From Buchnera aphidicola str. APS (Acyrthosiphon pisum) (GTDB lineage Bacteria; Pseudomonadota; Gammaproteobacteria; Enterobacterales; Enterobacteriaceae): DNA of 32,000 nucleotides. The position numbers and the translations under genes were made by a program. Below are positions 29,316 through 32,000 of the stretch, in pieces (position 1 is the first letter of the stretch; each line of letters begins with the position of its first letter). The stretch is taken from positions 420,001 through 452,000 of the forward strand of contig NC_002528.1 of assembly GCF_000009605.1 (NCBI RefSeq), given 5' to 3'. The notes below the pieces were generated by a model. That model worked only from the letters and a program-made list of their open reading frames with translations. It did not search any database and was not told the origin of the DNA.

Positions 29316-29392
29316 TGGTAGCTACGACGGGACTCGAACCCATGACCCCAGCGTTATGAGTGCTGTGCTCTAACCGACTGAGCTACGTAGCC
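29316..29392 (-). tRNA. metT: tRNA-Met, elongator type (anticodon CAU)
   Basis: The reverse complement reads GGCTACGTAGCTCAGTCGGTTAGAGCACAGCACTCATAACGCTGGGGTCATGGGTTCGAGTCCCGTCGTAGCTACCA. It closely resembles E. coli elongator tRNA-Met rather than the initiator or tRNA-Ile2. CCA is encoded. The metT-leuW-glnU order matches E. coli. Confidence 0.93.
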
Positions 29393-29425
29393 TAATAAAA
29401 ATATTTGTACATAAGAAAAAAATAT

Positions 29426-29454
29426 ATTTTATAATATATAAATTGAATAATCAA
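29426..29454 (-). promoter_or_regulatory. Candidate sigma-70 promoter for the tRNA-Met/Leu/Gln cluster
   Basis: On the minus strand: TTGATT (complement of 29449..29454), a 17-nt spacer, then TAAAAT (complement of 29426..29431). It lies about 33 nt upstream of the tRNA-Met 5' end, in the spacer shared with divergent glnS. The AT-rich background makes this tentative. Confidence 0.3.
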
Positions 29455-29494
29455 CAAAATTATTGTAATTAGAAAAAATAACAATGGAAATATA

Positions 29495-31210
29495 ATGGAT
29501 ACTAAAAAAGAAATTAAAAACAATAATTTTATTTGTCAAATTATTAATAAAGATTTAAATGAAAATAAAAATTTATCTTTTTATACTCGCTTCCCACCTG
29601 AACCCAATGGGTATCTTCATATTGGTCATGCAAAATCAATATGTTTAAATTTTGAACTTGCGAGTTTATATAAAGGACGATGCAATCTAAGGTTTGATGA
29701 TACAAACCCACTAAAAGAAAATATTAAATACATTGAATCTATCAAACATGATATTAATTGGTTAGGTTATAAATGGCATGGTAATGTTCGTTATGCTTCT
29801 GAATATTTTTTAAAATTATATCAATATGCACAGGAATTGATTAAAAAAGGATTAGCGTATGTAGATCATTTAACAAAAGAACAAATACGTGAGTATCGAG
29901 GAACTTTAAATACCCCGGGTAAAAATAGCCCTTATAGAAATAGAACAATCCAAGAAAATATAGAACTCTTTGAAAAAATGAAAAAAGGAGACTTCTCCGA
30001 AGGAGAAGCATGTTTGCGCGCAAAAATAAATATGAGTTCTTCTTCTATTATTATGCGAGATCCTGTTTTATACCGAATTATTTTTATTAAGCATCATCAG
30101 ACTCAAAATAAATGGTGCATATATCCTATGTATGATTTTGCTCACTGTCTTTCAGATTCTATTGAAGGCATTACTCATTCCTTGTGTACGTTAGAATTTC
30201 AAGATAATAAATTCTTATATAATTGGATTTTAAAAAATACTAGTGTTAAACACTATCCTAAGCAATATGAATTTTCTCGACTTAATTTAGAATTTTCTAT
30301 TTTGTCTAAAAGAAAAATAAAAATACTTATTGATAAAAACATAATAGAAGGTTGGGATGATCCTCGAATACCTACACTTTCTGCTTTAAGAAGAAAAGGA
30401 TACACCCCGTCTTCTATTAAAAATTTTTGTCAAAAAATTGGCGTGACTAAACAAAATAATTTAATAGAATTTTCTATGTTAGAACATTGTATTCGAAAAG
30501 AATTGAACCAGACTGCTATACGTACTATGGCCATATTAGATCCAATTAAAATATTTTTATATAATTTAGATTCAAATTATAAAGAAGAATTTATAGTCCC
30601 AAATCATCCTAATAACCCTGAAATGGGCACTCATAAAATTATTTTTACTAATACTATATATATTGACCGTTCAGATTTTAAAGAAAAATATGATAAAAAA
30701 TATAAAAGATTAAAACTTGGAGAAAAAATACGTCTAAGATATTCTTACATCATTCATGCTGAGAAAATAGAAAAAGATGAATATGGTAATATCTCTAATA
30801 TTATATGTTATTGTGATCTTAATACTTTAGGGAGAAAACCAAAAGATAATAAAAATCCCGCGGTAATACACTGGATATCAGAAAAAAATACACTTTCAGC
30901 AGAATTTAAATTATATGATCAATTATTTAATATAAAAAATCCGGAACAACAAGAAAATTTTTTATTGTATATAAATTCAAAATCATTAATTAAAAAATTT
31001 GGGTTTATAGAAAAAAAAATAGGAGAAGAAATACAAAAAAAAATCAGTAATAATAATATAGAAATATTTTTTCAATTTGAAAGAATTGGTTATTTTTGTA
31101 TAGATTTTATAGATTCTAAAAAAAATCAGTTGGTATTTAATCGTACTGTTGGATTACGTGATACATGGGATTCGAAAAAAATTAAAACAAAAAACATTAC
31201 TAATAATTAG
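29495..31210 (+). CDS. glnS: Glutamine--tRNA ligase GlnS
   Basis: 571-aa ORF with [18 protein letters not shown] (HIGH motif), the KMSKS-type motif ILSKRK, and a C-terminal [11 protein letters not shown]. Confidence 0.97.
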   Translation: MDTKKEIKNNNFICQIINKDLNENKNLSFYTRFPPEPNGYLHIGHAKSICLNFELASLYKGRCNLRFDDTNPLKENIKYIESIKHDINWLGYKWHGNVRYASEYFLKLYQYAQELIKKGLAYVDHLTKEQIREYRGTLNTPGKNSPYRNRTIQENIELFEKMKKGDFSEGEACLRAKINMSSSSIIMRDPVLYRIIFIKHHQTQNKWCIYPMYDFAHCLSDSIEGITHSLCTLEFQDNKFLYNWILKNTSVKHYPKQYEFSRLNLEFSILSKRKIKILIDKNIIEGWDDPRIPTLSALRRKGYTPSSIKNFCQKIGVTKQNNLIEFSMLEHCIRKELNQTAIRTMAILDPIKIFLYNLDSNYKEEFIVPNHPNNPEMGTHKIIFTNTIYIDRSDFKEKYDKKYKRLKLGEKIRLRYSYIIHAEKIEKDEYGNISNIICYCDLNTLGRKPKDNKNPAVIHWISEKNTLSAEFKLYDQLFNIKNPEQQENFLLYINSKSLIKKFGFIEKKIGEEIQKKISNNNIEIFFQFERIGYFCIDFIDSKKNQLVFNRTVGLRDTWDSKKIKTKNITNN

Positions 31211-31254
31211 TATCAGTATATAATATTAAAGTTATATTATAAATTAAAATATAA

Positions 31255-32000
<746 letters not shown>

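Noticed and set aside
29841-30023. A 60-aa minus-strand ORF inside glnS.
   Set aside because: It is antisense to the conserved catalytic domain of glnS.

Overview
The window is extremely AT-rich. Its gene content and order match the reduced genome of a Buchnera aphidicola-type aphid endosymbiont (gamma-proteobacterial, E. coli-like operons).

I can support 35 protein-coding genes, one of them frameshifted, and 6 tRNAs. Almost all are housekeeping genes that keep ancestral operon structure:
- secG-leuU
- rlmE-ftsH-(folP lost)-glmM
- greA
- ibaG-murA
- rplU-rpmA-obgE
- rplM-rpsI
- pheA
- ffh
- rpsP-rimM-trmD-rplS
- tldD
- aroQ
- fis
- rluD/bamD (divergent)
- alaS-csrA-tRNASer-tRNAArg
- gshA
- metK
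- endA-rsmE
- rpiA
- tRNAMet-tRNALeu-tRNAGln
- glnS
- pyrG (5' part only)

I see no CRISPR array, mobile element, defence island, toxin-antitoxin pair or other accessory system. I do not think the window holds a novel multi-gene system.

The observations worth a second look all concern genome erosion and its compensation:
1. Two conserved genes, endA and the 3' end of trmD, are broken exactly at A10 homopolymers. In both, one extra A restores a frame encoding sequence homologous to the E. coli protein. This is the signature of genes rescued by transcriptional slippage at poly(A) tracts, or of homopolymer undercalling in the assembly.
2. rimM has 99 conserved codons with no ATG, GTG or TTG start.
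3. PheA carries the TSQK-for-ESRP change in its regulatory domain and has no pheL-type leader ORF that I can find.
4. BamD has no lipobox cysteine.
5. Smaller points include odd tRNA features, hairpins at convergent gene junctions, and spacers where ancestral genes have disappeared.

All homology statements come from my recollection of E. coli and Buchnera protein and tRNA sequences. No database search was run.
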